From Eukaryota sp. TZLM1-RC (Eukaryota > Protista > Metamonada: BaSk clade), in assembly GCA_040285825.1 (NCBI GenBank), contig JAUPSS010000003.1:3660616-3724615 (forward strand): DNA of 64,000 nt, read 5' to 3'. Shown here piece by piece: positions 12,126 through 24,400 of the stretch; the stretch's first letter is position 1, and the number at the start of each line of letters is the position of its first letter. The notes under the pieces are model-generated. The model made no database searches and had not been told where the DNA came from. It worked only from the letters and a program-made list of their open reading frames with translations. The translations under genes were made by a program, and so were the position numbers.

Positions 12126-13473
12126 TTTTTAGAACCTTTCAACTGTACTTCTCTGGTTTTATTGGCATCAGGGTCACTTTTCATTTCTTTTTTGATCTTC
12201 TTTTCTTTTTCGGTGGTTCGTCCAGCTCATCTTGTTTTCTGAATCATTATCTTTAACTTTAAATGTCAAAAGCAGCTCATTATCATTAGTTTTCAATAAG
12301 ATTTTTTAAATCTATTTCTCAAACTTTGCTTGTTGGTATTGAATTTTTGATAAAAAGCAAATAATAATAATAATAAGGGCATCGTTTGAATATTCGTTTC
12401 CTATATTGATTTTTAATAAACCTTAATCTTTTCATGATCCTTCAATAAGTGGGAATTTTCTCAACGATTTGCGATTTGCGATTTTTTAAAAATTTATAAA
12501 GGTACCTCAAGAAATTGGTAACCCTTGTGAAAAGCTAATGGTATTATTCTAAATTTCTTCCAGCAATGCAAATGAGAAAAAAAGTGAGTAAGTATTGTGA
12601 AATTTGCAGACTAAAGAGAAAAAGCTCACCAATTTTCTTTGATGAAAAAAATGATTCTATCACTTGAAAAAGCAGTGGCAGAAAATCCTTGAAAAAAAAT
12701 TCAAGATAAAATTACATACATTTTATAAAAAGAATCTTTCTCTTGAATTATTAAAATAGAAATTGATGTAGGGCTCGAGATTAGAATGAATAACTACTGC
12801 TTCGAGTTGCTCATTTTTTGCTATTTCACCAGCTTCTAGAGGTGCTAAGGTTTCATCTGCTATAAGAGAGAGAAGGTAATTGGCAAAGACATTCGTTTTA
12901 TCCAGAGCTGTACAATGAGCACGAATGAAGTATTTTGTCCAGAATTGACAAATTTTAGGTAAACTTGTCTTAACATTAGATACCAATTGACGACCCCCGA
13001 CAAGCAAGGTAAGGAGAAAGTCCTTTTCCATTAATAAAATTGCATCTCTGTGTCTGCAGCCATTCATTGAGGAAAATATCGAATGAATTTCTATAAGGAA
13101 CTAGAGAGCTTTCCCATGAAGAAACAAAAGACCTGTCTTGTGGGCATTCAGGAAGAAATCAATTGTAAAAGATATGGAGTAATTGGCGTTGTCCTTTGGA
13201 GGTGGATGGCTTTGGAACAGAACCAGTGGTGATGACGGTCATAAACAGATACCATACATCTTGTTCCACCAAAGCTCTAGATGCCAACGGAAAATTTAAA
13301 AGAAAAGATTGAAGCAATAAAGAAGCTTCACGACAAAACTCGGTGACCAAGAGTTGGTCAGTCCGAATTTGTTGCACCGCTGCAGGGGTCAGCAGCGAGT
13401 TAAGTGCACAAGACGAGTGAATACACGTGACACAGAGTGGGTGTCTGAAATGTAGTGAGAATAAAGGGCTCAT
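12126..13473 (-). pseudogene. Probable fragmented N-terminal part of the same Fanzor
   Basis: Same-strand ORF pieces 13159-13473 (CALNSLL...EASLLLQSFLL) and 12723-13067; one extra A in the run at about 12125-12130 would join the upstream frame to the RuvC ORF. Confidence 0.45.
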
Positions 13474-14469
13474 CTATCAAATTTTACACTTGTCACCCCA
13501 TTTTCGACTTCTGGTTGCCTGTTTTGGGAGGATTTAACCCTCAATTTGGTTTTGGGAGGTTTTCACTATTTCCACACTTTCCCCTCATTTCATAAACTAG
13601 CTTCTTATTTCCCTCACTTATCTTCTTTTCCGAGCATTAGGACTCCCCTCTAATCTCTCGACCAGTTTTTCTACTCATCTTTGATAACTAATGTTTACTA
13701 ATAGTGTACTGATTAAATCCACACTTTTTACTTGTACAGAACTTTTTATATTACACTTTGATAAGAGAATGGCATTTCTCTAATCCACAGTACATTCCAC
13801 AGCTTCCCGTGGTTGTTAAAGTCACAGTGAAGGTTGTTTTACATTATTGATTACAGTTGCAAGCAGCCTTCTTTCACAAACATGGTGGACTTAATCTATT
13901 CACACATTAATTTTTCAGTCTCGGGGAACTGTCTGAAAGGGCTGATTTGACACCAAGACTACTAGTTGCTGTCGATACTCTCTTTTTCGGATTGAATAAC
14001 ACTCTAAATACCATTCTGTTGAATAGTGAATCACTGCAGTCCTTGGAATATTCCTTTCATATAGCCTTGAACTAACAAAACTACCACCTTTCTTTAAACA
14101 CTTCTATGTGGAACTTCTTGGGGTTTTAACTGATCTGAATTGAACTTTGTCAGCAACAATAACAGAGCCCAACTATAAGAATATTTTATCAAATTGTTAA
14201 ATTGTTCAAATTTATTCAATTAAAAATATTCTAATATTTTGGAGAACATAAAATTTCTCAAACTAGGCCTACCATCTTTCATTCCATCGCAAACTCTTTT
14301 CCACTTTCTGTGTTCCTTATTGCGCATTATGCCTCACACCTTTGATTTGCTGATTCAATGATTTTGCATTCAGTTTATTCTTTATGTTACAATTGTGATC
14401 CAGCAATATATTCACCAACACTTTGTTTTTTAGATGTTTATAATTCTCTAATTGTATTAGATTTATGTG

Positions 14470-14560
14470 GATGAAGATTTTGTAGAGTAAATCTTGGTTC
14501 AATGAATTTCGTCCCATTAGTTATGAGTTTACTTTGTTAAGTTCACAAGTTCAATAAATC
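14470..14560 (+). mobile_element. Family B non-LTR 3' tail remnant
   Basis: CTTGGTTCAATGAATTTCGTCCCATTAGTTATGAGTTTA matches tails at about 8300, 30790 and 38730. Confidence 0.75.
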
Positions 14561-15194
14561 AAAAACAACAATTTATGTGTCTCATATACCTTTTTCACAA
14601 ATGATTTTTGCGATAAATACATACAGATGGATTGTTTAATGAACAATCCATAACTCTGTTTCCAAAAACCCCAAAAACGGAATGTATTGTGTTAAAGTGA
14701 AGTAAATGTTGGAGTTAAATCTTGTGACATATTTAATAAGATAATTGTATTTTGTTAGATAATATCTATTTCTTAAACAACTTATAAATCAAAATCTAAA
14801 TGATCCAACTCTCCCATAACGAAACAAATAGATGCAACTCTCCCATAGTGAGATCCAAAAGAATGCAGAGTATCAGAAACCATCCTCAAAAATTTCCTTA
14901 AAAACAGAAAACACAATTCTATCTTGCCAAAAGAATCTTTTAAAATTTCTGTTGGTTCTTTGCTTTACAAACATTTCAATACCTGCCACACAACGTACAG
15001 CGGTGGGAGCAAAGGAACCAAATAGAGAAAATACAAATGAATACAAATTGCATTTTGCAGATAATTGTATTGGAACTAAACTGAAAGAAGTGTATTATTT
15101 GTGCAAAATTAAGAAGATTAAGTTGGGTTTTTGACAAATCAAAAACCCCTTCATTCTCTGTTGACTTAGAGCCTGTCTAACTTGTAAATATATT

Positions 15195-15719
15195 ATGGGA
15201 AATGCATCTTCAACCCTAACTACTGCTGATGTTGATGAATTATCCGCTGTCTCAGGCTTTTCTCCTAAAGAAATTAAGCTCATGCACAAACGCTTTTGTA
15301 AGCTCGACAGGTCACAGAAAGGAACCATAACTGCAGAGGACTTTAAACACATTCCAGATTTATCTTCAAATCCCTTTCTTGTCCGTGTCATAGCCATATT
15401 TACAGAGTCTTCCGGTTCTATTGATTTCAAGAAGGTTGTCAGTGCCCTCAGCTGTTTCAGGAGCCGTGAAGTAACAATTGATAAACTCTCATATGTATTT
15501 AAGGCATGTTTTCTTTTTCTCTTACCCTAGGTCTTGGATTATGATTGTGATAATCTGCTAAGTGAAGACGATCTTTCACGAGGTTTTGATTCTCTTTCTT
15601 TTGGAACTCTAACCACCGAACAGTTAGTGGATATTGCGTCCAATGTAGTTGAAGAGGGACGTCCTGTTAATCCATCGGCTCTGTCCTTTGAAGAGTTTGT
15701 TCGACTTGTTCGAAGGTAA
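15195..15719 (+). CDS. CNB1: Calcineurin B-like EF-hand protein, 2 exons (15195-15503, 15531-15719), 165 aa
   Basis: MGNASS myristoylation-type start, FSPKEIKLMHKRFCKLD, NPFLVRVI, spliced KLSYVFK|VLDYDCDNLLS, LSFEEF. Confidence 0.85.
15504..15530 (+). other. 27-nt GC-AG intron
   Basis: GCATGT...CTCTTACCCTAG; contains an in-frame TAG, and removal gives exact EF-hand register. Confidence 0.8.
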
Positions 15720-15797
15720 GTTTGCAGTGTACAATTTAAAATAAAATCATACTTTAAGGTATATAAATATCAAAAAAGCAGGTTCTACACAGATTTA

Positions 15798-16327
15798 TCA
15801 ACATTCTGCATTTGTTACCTTCTGGAGCATGCTGATGCAAACAATGACTCCATAGAGTGCCAAAGCTTCAGCCATAATAAGCATAAGGATCATGGAAACG
15901 AATAGTCTAGGTTGCTGACCACTTGAGCTGATTCCACTGGCGCCTACATAGCCAATAGTGATACCAGCAGCAAGCGATGACAGGCCTTGAGTGAGACCTG
16001 CTGAAAGGGACACTATTCCATCAAAGAGGGGATATCGACCATCGTTGTTAATGTCACCAATAATCAGAATACTAAGAATTAGTCCATAAATTCCAAAGAT
16101 TCCCGCATAAGGTAAGAATGAGAAGCAGCAAGTCATACCATAACAACTGGGATAAGAAACTTCATGACGGATTCTGGTAAAAGGACCCCTGTGCTAGCAA
16201 CAGCACTACCAGCTTTAGTTGTACCAATGGCAGATCCTACACAAGAAAGTACAAGAGAGGCAGTAGCTCCCATAAAACCAAGAAAGACTGCAGAAGGAGG
16301 ACATGTGTTCAAAAGAAGATCGATCAT
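15798..16327 (-). CDS. VMA3: V-type ATPase proteolipid subunit c, 2 exons (16327-16139, 16106-15798), 165 aa
   Basis: FLGFMG, GSAIGTTKAG, IPVVM|AGIFGIYGL, QQPRLFVSMILML, MAEALALYG with the essential Glu. Confidence 0.92.
16107..16138 (-). other. 32-nt intron with apparent GT-AT ends
   Basis: GTATGA...TTCTTACCTTAT; the only GT-starting excision that restores IPVVMAG. Confidence 0.7.
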
Positions 16328-16577
16328 TAGGAAAAAATTAAATCAACTAAAGCTGAGGAACAAAAACGTGTGATTTACAAGAATGCTCACATTTTCACTT
16401 TGAAGTTTCGAAAACGCTCACGTTGTGTGCCACCTTTACTTATATTCCATCAGGCATTCTCCTGACATTGCTATGTTCAGTTGAGGTTATACAAACGTTA
16501 ACATCACCTATATGAAGATATCACTTTTGAGCTGATAAAGACCATTTGTCATCACAGTGTTTATTTTTAATACTAGT

Positions 16578-17153
16578 CTATGCTACATCGTCATTCAGCA
16601 AGTCGAAATGATTTTCCATGTTTGAGTCTGGATGATCATCGTCCACGTCGATGAGTTCTGCGGCATTGTCCTGCTGAAACAAGGACAACCAATCATCTTG
16701 TGCCACTGCAACTCTTTCGTAGGACTTTTTGTAATACTCTAAACTATGAATTTTAGCTATACCATCAAATAGCACAACATGCTTCTTTAAATAAACAGCC
16801 AAACTGGGAGTACATGGGTATCCATCATTTTTCCACCCATTACAACAATATTTTTTGCTGATAAAGTCTACCGTGTGTGTACTATTTTCAAACCACACAA
16901 CTTTATATACACTGTCATTGCTGGCCATATTTGCAATATATTCTGCATTTGCAGCCTTGTTGGTGTTAGAGATTGTTCTAAAGCATGTATGAGAAGAAAA
17001 GGCATTCATTTTAAAGTTAGGTTGTGTAACTGTTGCGACCTTACTAGATTTAAAGCGTCTTCCAGGTCCAATCCATGTACTAAGCAATTCGAAAGTACAA
17101 GTGGGATCTTTACACTTCAGGAACCATCCATCTGGTCTAGTGTTGTCGACCAT
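16578..17153 (-). mobile_element. MULE/Mutator-derived remnant (zinc DNA-binding motif joined to SWIM domain, catalytic core absent)
   Basis: KCKDPTCTF...HTC followed by HTVDF..KYCCNGWKNDGYPCTPSLAV (SWIM-like). Confidence 0.6.
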
Positions 17154-17154
17154 T

Positions 17155-19850
17155 CATCGGTGATTTTGGGCAGGTCGGCAGGTATGGGGATGGTTTAGTC
17201 GTTCACACCTCCAGCACCTGAATAGTCTCCTGTGAGTCGAGGTGGTTTTCCGGGGCGTTGCACTAGACAAATAGGTGAGCTCCAGGGGCCTTCATATAAA
17301 ACAGCGAACCCGTTGTTAATGAGGACATCCATCTCTTGGTGGGCGACTTTCAATTTATCAGGGGGTAGATATCGAAACTTTTTGGAAACAGTCTTAGATT
17401 CATCATAAAAAGGTATGCGCACTGGAGGACAGTCAATACCTTCAAGGGCGGGCAGCTTCGAAAATACTTCAGAATACTTGAACAGCATGTTTTTGATGGA
17501 TTGTTCCAAAGCAGGATTGTTTAATAGGAACGATGTTTTGTCTAAATCAGGGAGGCTGGATAGGGCAAAGACACAGTTGGAGGGAGGGATGAACTGATCA
17601 GGGATTGCTTCGTCTTCCATTAGCTGGATGTTCCGGTTAGAGAGATTCACAAACAGATAGTCATCGGTGAGAATGCCTAGTTTTTTCAGTAGATCGCATC
17701 CTATAATGCAAGAGTTCTAAACAGGGGAGCACGGCAGTGGAGCAGTTTCGTGTTCACAAGCTTGTTCAGCTCATTCCTGGACAGTGAGATTATGGGCTTA
17801 TTCCTTCTATTCCTGGACGAAACAATTTGATGCCACGGCCTTAGTCTTGGAGAAGGTCTTGTGGATCCTTCTAGGATAGGATCGCGTTACTCCACCGTCG
17901 GCGTCAGCACAGTCGGCGTACACCAGCCCAGAGTCAGTAACGAGGTCGGGATTAGCTTCCAGCGTCAAAGAATCTATGTTACGGGAGAAATCCTTTCCTG
18001 GCGGTACCACGTCCTTTCCTAGATTGATTGCAGAAACAATCTTTTCGAATTCGACAGCAGAGTCAAATGAAGAGTCGCAGGAGAGAGGCGGGGCGGGAGA
18101 GATAAGGGTGTGATTCTGGTAAGCTCGATGTTCAGGTTCGGAGCAAATAGTATCCAAGTTGTCAAAAAGATCTTGGAATTCTTGAGCGTCAAACAGAGCA
18201 GTACTGCTAGATGTAGAAGAGCAATAGTTATGACGTTTGATTTGGGTTAAAGGATTCAAAACAACATGATACATTTCAGTACCAGAGCTAGAGGAGGAGG
18301 AGGAAGACTGAACACCAGGGGGTTAAGTGCTTTCCACTTGATTGTTCTTCAAAAAGCGGATTGAATGGAGTCAGTGACAAAGTTGACCTGAGAATCTTCG
18401 GCTTTCTGATGAGCGACTTGATTGACGGAACTTCGGAGATTATGTTTCTTTTGGACGGTGGGATTATTTCCATATCTTTGGGGAGTTTTGCTGGCACAGC
18501 AATTAGGTTTGGGACAATCCTTGACCACATGGCCAGGTTCCTTACAATAGAAACAAGTGACGAGAGAAGGGGACTTCTAGAGAGAGAAATATTTTCGTTC
18601 TGTTTGAGGAGTACGAAAGGACGGTGAGTGCTTGGAAGCGGAACGAGCAGAGTAAGACTTGTTGGAGGCGCGATGAGCTTGAGGAGTTCGGGGGTTGGGG
18701 TGGGGAGGTTGGGATCTTTGAAGAGGAGGAGCAAAATTGTGAACTGTGTAGTAAGCAGAGTATGGGAAATGGTAAGATGAGAGGAGCTCACGGAGGTGGG
18801 AGATTAAGCTGGAGAAGCTATCAATTATTTCAGTGTCTACATCAGTGCGAAGGACGAAACAGAGCTTGTCAGGGCGGATACCGTTGATGAAAAACTTCAT
18901 TTTGGCGGATTTGGGGAGAGAGGAGGAACTAAAGCGGACGATCTTGAGAAAATGAAACTTGTATGAGGCAATAGCTTCAGAGGAAGTAAAAGAGGAGAGC
19001 TTCAAGCGTAGGTTCTGGAATTTCTAATAGATTACCGCAGGATCTTCGCTCTGGCAGAATGAAAGTAAATATGAAAGAACGGCAGAGGGTTTACGCGGGT
19101 CAACACCTTCAAGAATTTTGAAGGTTTCCAATACTATCGGCGAGATAGTAAAGAGGACGTGAGTAAGCATGGCTTGGCGGAGTTGCTCTTCTGAGGAGAT
19201 TTGTCTTAGCAGGTAAGACTGAAGGTTGGAGCGGGGAAGGCATGATTCTTCATCGTCAGAATTGGTAGAGGGTTACGTGAAACTAGCAAAGGTTCGGTGA
19301 TATGAAGACTCAGCTTCATTGCGGGGGACGATAACAGGTTCAGAGGGGCTTCCAAACAGAGTTTTAGACTCCGAGTTGGCGGAAAGTCTAGATCTCAGCT
19401 CAGCAATCTCTTTATTGAGTGACTCTACGTGAGAGTTTTTGGCGAGACTGGAGGAGGACGAGGGGACGCTGGAGCTTGAGGAGGTCTAAATGTTAGCGAA
19501 AGGCGGATATCTTGTCATGTCTATCAAGACATGATTAGACAAACGAGAAGCGTAAATTTTCAGCGCCTCAACATACCGAAAGATGGATTCTCGACCGGTA
19601 TGTTCTAAATACGGGGCGTCTGAAGGAACGCGGGCAGAGGCAGAGGCAGGAGTGGATTCTCTCGGGTCCACATTAATTACTGTTGGCTTTAGTGCACTGT
19701 TGTTTATAAGCAAATAAATACGAGAAGTCTATGAACCAGAGTTAAGAAAATCAAAATATAAAATAAACTAAATAAATTTAAACTAATGACGTGATGCGTC
19801 ACGTCATATTTTCCAAAACAGGAAGGTTGAGTTCAGCCTGAGCTAACATA
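17155..19850 (-). mobile_element. Degenerate Ty3/gypsy-like LTR retrotransposon (gag, protease, start of RT), 3'-truncated
   Basis: Zinc knuckle CFYCKEPGHVVKDC (about 18515-18556), protease-like DGGVTRS and IIGCDLL, RT start PWSSPICLVQRPGKPPRLTGDY...LPKITD; several frameshifts. Confidence 0.85.
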
Positions 19851-20229
19851 ATAGTGTTTGAACCTCACTGTATTTTTGCTCTCGCAATAAGACAACAATT
19901 CCCTACAAGACAACTATCTTTTGAGAACTTGTGTTTCATTGAAGGCGATAATTGTGAATCCATTAGATACGTTGTGTCAAAATTGGCTATACCTTTAAGT
20001 TGTGCTCCTACTCGATATTTTCTTGAAGTTAAGGCAAGAGTGTTCAGTCTAACAAACAAAAGCAAATCGTTCCAACTAAGATTCAAATAGCTTTCGTCTA
20101 TCTACAATAAAGTTTGTCATGTAAACAAAGCCTATTCAGTCGAAATTGAACTTGATTAACCTTCCTATTGAACTTGATTAGAGGTTTAAGTCTGTTATTA
20201 CAAATGTATTTTGTCTTAGATTCTCTAAG

Positions 20230-21077
20230 TTTTAGATTTCACGTTTGACTGCACTTGTCAAAAACTCAAAAATGGTCGTTCAATTGCAATTTCTAAAAGT
20301 TTTCACAATATTTTTTTTCAGCTTGCTGTTCAAATAAATTCAATGAAAGAGCAAAAAAATCGTTACTGTTCCGATACGGAATTAATACCGCTGATGGAGT
20401 TGTTTCAGCAGTATTTGCTACAAATGTTTTATTTCATCAAAATGAAGCCAATGTTTGTATGTTGTTGGATGTTAGCAATGCATTCAATTCAATCAATCGT
20501 TGCAGAATTCATGGTGCTTTGTTGAATTATCTGCCAGAATTGTTACCTTATTTTCAAACAACATATTACACGAATTCTGATTTGCATTTTCTGCTTCTAT
20601 TTTGAAATCATCAAGTGGTGTTAACAAATAGATCCGTTAGGACCTCTTTTCTTTTTTCTGGCAATTGATCCAATTTTATTACAAATTCAAGCAATGTTTC
20701 CTTCTTTAAAAATGATTGCTTATATGGATGATGTTGTTCTTATAGGTGACTTAACGATTTTCAGAGAAGCAACTTTAGGTTATAAAAAATTATTTAGCAA
20801 AATTGGCCTTCGACTCAACATACTTAAATGTGTTTTACTTTCAAATTCTGCAGTTTCTACAATAGTTGATGGTATTGAAATTCAAGCCAAGTTATATTCA
20901 ACTGATGCTATTCGTCATTTGGGTTCGCTTTTAGGAAATGATGATGAAGTTACCAAACAATTGTTTGAAAAGTTGAATTCAATTTCGGAGAAAATTGACC
21001 AAATGATGAAATTGGATGTACAGAGACAAATCAAATTTACCATTATAAGACCTTGTTTCAAATGTTACAATAAATAA
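20230..21077 (+). mobile_element. Degenerate non-LTR RT fragment
   Basis: RPIAI, LDVSNAFNSI, SSGV..DPLGPL, AYMDDV, LGS motifs spread over broken frames. Confidence 0.8.
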
Positions 21078-21444
21078 AATAAATAAATATCAATATTTTT
21101 CAGCTGTCGCTAACATTATATCACGATTAAATAATAGTTGAAGCAGCAACATCACCATACACAGACAGGTACCCACTCATCTACGAGTTCTCCAAAATTC
21201 CTCAAGTCTTTCTATTTTAAAACAAATGAGTATTGGCAGCCGTCATCCCACATTGGAGAATTGTAAATAATTTTGTAAGTCTTTTAAGAAAGTCTCTTTC
21301 CTGGAGATTTGAGAGATTGACGAGAGGGGCTGCCGGCACCATTTGCAAATCAAACTTTGAATAGTCCACAATTGGCCAAGTTTCAAGAGCCCAACAAATA
21401 ATATAAAAATACAATTTATTAAACAAATTAAACAAATCATTAAT

Positions 21445-24400
21445 TTACAAACACTGAATAACATCATCTAGTTTTAAATCAACATCATATTTTTCTAAAA
21501 ACTTCAATAAAGACGTGGCCAATAATTCTAAATTTGCATCAAAACCAAAGGGAAGTAATTTTGACCAAGAAATGCAATTTTGAATAGTCAAAATAACATT
21601 AAAATGTTTGTTGTTCAATCGATCCTCACACTGTTTCAGTATTTTGTACACATTCCATGCAATTTTCGAATGATTAACCCATGATTTTGCTTTGAAAACC
21701 AAAGTTAAAAAATTCAAAAAATTTGGTTCATCTAATGAAATTGTTTGAGGACCTGATTGAGATTCCACAAACAAACCAAAATTTTGGTGAAATGATTGGG
21801 GGTCAATCTCCAAAAAATCACAAACTTGACTGTTTCCTAAATTGGAAACATATAACCAGACAGGAACCGATGATAAACTTTCGATAATACAAATCAAGCG
21901 ATCCAAAGGATAAATAGACGCATCAAGAAAGAGGCAATGAAAACCAAAATAATTGGAAAAGAATTTAAAATCTTGAAAACAAATATTATTAAAAAGTACT
22001 ACCTGACTCACCTTCCATTCAGCCAACAGTCGTTCAAAATCAATTTCAAATAAATCAATTTGTGGACTAGACTCAAAAACAAAATTTCCAAGTTTGAATG
22101 AATAAAGACTCCTTTTGACCATAACGTGATGGAGCTCAGAATTCCAAAAAAATCTTGTATTTTTGAGCCATTTCTTATCAGTAACAGACATGGTAGTAGA
22201 TTCTGCCTTTTCTAAAAGGTTAACAGCGTTCGAATTCATTAAGAGTAGGGCAAATAGTGTGTCCTTCAATTCTCTACCCAAATCCTTACTTTTTACCATC
22301 AGCAGCATTTCTTCCACATTGGTCATCAGTTGATTTTTGGCAGAATCGATGGAGCCTGGGTCATATGGATGCCTTGTTAAAGCGAGATCGACTGATTTGG
22401 TTAAAAAAACAGCTTCGCAAGTAATTATTACTGAATGAGGGAATTGCTTTATCCATTGGGGTCGTTGAGCAGAATTATAATCTTCTAAGCAACTCCAGAG
22501 ACTTTCATTGACTGATGACGTGATTGATTTGTAGATTTGATTGATGAAAAGAGACAAATCACCTGAGAATGAAGAAATTGATTCAGTAAAGAAGAGAATT
22601 TCTGAATTTGTGGTTTCTAATCCAGAAATTTCGTTACCCTTGAATAAAAGTTCAAACAGAAACGGAAAAATTTGACTGACAACTTGACACAGGTCTATCT
22701 GATCTCTACTCATCACTGAGAATTCCAACAGTTCCTCATTGGAAAACAAACACAACCAAGGACAACCTTCCCGATCTCGGTCAAATCGTTTCAATAGAGA
22801 GTCAAAGGAAGTCTTTAAATTGGATTTTAATTCAGCCATTTCAGAACTTAAAGATGAGCAAATACTTGATGAAAAAAATGTTTCAATATAGTCTGCTTGT
22901 GAAAATTTTGCCTGAATAACAGTCTCCCAAGTTGACGTGACAAGGTCAAATTCCCTTGATTGATCACGTGCCAACTGCCGGGCGACAGCTCGAGAAAAGA
23001 ATCCTGCACAAAAGAGCAACTGATTTTGTAATTGTTGAGCCGACTGAAGCATTAGGTCAAAATTAGTCAAAAATGACTGAAAATTTGATATATCACTCGA
23101 AAACGATTCGGAAAGAGGATCATTTAATATAGACGATAGTTCGATTAAATGGAGATCAACCTGTTTGATTAGACAATCAAAATCAATTTTTGATATGTTG
23201 AACTCGTCAGAAGCGATCTGTACTTCCACACCACGCCACGTGTTATAAATTGATTCATATCGACAATAGAGATCATGTTCAGACAGTGCTTTCTGGCAAA
23301 TGGAGATCAAATAATCATCATTTTCTAAAATTTTATGTTGTAAAAGCATACTGATCGTAGGAACGATTAATGACGTGGTACTTTGGGCTAACACGTCATA
23401 ATGATGGAATATATCAGACCAATGATGGTTTTTGAGATGCGATTCTTTGATGAAGATAATCTTTTGTAAAATCTTTTCAAAGTCAATCACTTTTGATTGA
23501 ACTAGATCAATCACTTCATCCTTTTTCAAAACCGTGCTAACACTTTGAATAATGTCCTTAGCTTGATCAACCTGACCAGAAACTTTATTCAAGTCCATCT
23601 GTCTTATATCACTGCTGACCCACTCAATTTCCTGGGAATTCCACGTGTCCAGCAAACGCCACGTGTCATTCCTAGCTTTAACAAGCTTCACCAATTCCCC
23701 ATAATTATGGAAATCAGAGAGATTTCGGCTTAAGAGCTTTTCAAATGAATGAATTTCCTCAATTGAAGCTTCATAATGACTTAATTTTTGTTGGATTTTG
23801 GCAAGTTTTTCCATAACCATATTCGGATCACTTTTTGGATTGGTTAGTATTGGAGAGTAAAGATCACCTAAAATACCTAATAAACCAGATTCAATTTTGC
23901 CAGAAACCTCAGCCAATTGAGATCTAATAGAAGGTAGATTTTCATCAATTTTGCATTGACTTGAAGCCAAAACAGTATCAAAGGTGTTGATAGTGGATTT
24001 CAAAGAGGAAAACTTCGAAGATTCAGAAACTGTAAAGCCACATTTATAACGTTGACCAGTTGCATAAAGGTCTTCTATAAAAGACAACCTGCTCTCAATA
24101 GTTACTGTCTTTTGTTTAATTTCGTTAAACAGACCCACATACGAACAGAATTCGCTGAGTGGAGAAAATGAGCCTCCAGAAAGATGTTTAATACACGTTC
24201 TGACCTCTTCCGTCAGTTCTGAATAAAGTTGCGAAAAAAGCAACCTGACCTGCTCCTTGATTATGATCAACGATTTGATTGGAATATCAGTCAAAAACTC
24301 CCGAAGTAGCCTTCGGTCGATAATCAAAACACCAACAGAAGACTGCTTCTTTCCCGTGGACTCAAATAGTTGGTTCCAAGATTCAAACAAATTGATTCTC

